Assembly: GCF_001194135.2 (NCBI RefSeq)
Contig: NC_069001.1
Coordinates: forward strand, 19,759,580-19,792,463
Direction of reading: 5' to 3'
Source of the DNA: Octopus bimaculoides
Lineage: Eukaryota
Length of the DNA stretch: 32,884 nt
The notes beneath the pieces were generated by a model. It ran no database searches and had not been told where the DNA came from. It worked only from the letters and a program-made list of their open reading frames with translations. Position 1 is the first letter of the stretch; every line of letters starts with the position of its first letter. The position numbers and the translations under genes are program-made. Positions 32,561 to 32,884 of the stretch are shown here, piece after piece.

Positions 32561-32580
32561 AATTGTTTGGTTAGAGGTAG

Positions 32581-32760
32581 TTTCTTTATTTGAGCAGACA
32601 GGCTCTTACAAAGAGGGGACGATACATGGACAGACAACAACACAGTAGGGTACATAAAAATATATAACGAATGAAATAATGAATTATAATGATAAAATGA
32701 TAAAATGAAAAATGCAATGTTTTACCTGCCCCCCATTCGCAGGCAGTGTCATTTTACTGT
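32581..32760 (-). mobile_element. 3'UTR/end of another Tx1-type element
   Basis: Ends GTCCCCTCTTTGTAAGAGCC...AATAAAGAAA; GTCCCCTCTTTGTAAG is shared with the end of copy C. Confidence 0.7.
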
Positions 32761-32884
32761 TCATTTATAACATTTAACATACAGTTCATTGTTCACTTTT
32801 TGCATCGTTTTTTAAAAGTCACTATTTAAAATTTTAAACATTTTACTTATTTCATTTACATTATGTGTTCTATTAAGTTTTTAA

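Noticed and set aside
1-32884. Host protein-coding exons, tRNA/rRNA genes or CRISPR arrays
   Set aside because: All recognisable peptides are transposon-derived, tRNA-like segments are SINE heads, and there is no repeat-spacer array.

Overview
Eukaryotic, AT-rich, gapped (many N runs) repeat DNA with no recognisable host gene. The SINE families and TA/GT/GATA microsatellites look like octopus (inference). The window is a dense nest of non-LTR retrotransposons of the L1/Tx1 group: ORF1 with RRM-like region and CCHC knuckle, ORF2 with APE endonuclease, RT and C-terminal CCHC. It also holds tRNA-derived SINEs, a Penelope-like element, Tigger and mariner relics, an RTE fragment and an interstitial (TTAGGG)n tract. 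The main result, read from the junction sequences, is two apparent sequence-specific Tx1-type targeting systems. (1) ORF1-only elements of about 1.8 kb sit in the tRNA-like head of a SINE at AAGTAGCTTGCT, with that 12-mer at three junctions including a head-to-tail tandem. (2) A second group of Tx1 3' ends abuts an 18-bp motif (ACCTCTAGCCGAACAATT-like, four junctions) that lies just upstream of a Penelope-type minimal hammerhead ribozyme. Several non-autonomous partners (ORF1-only elements, an internally deleted element, a CORE-SINE) share the Tx1 3'-terminal sequence. All alignments were done by eye, so boundaries are approximate unless a motif is quoted.
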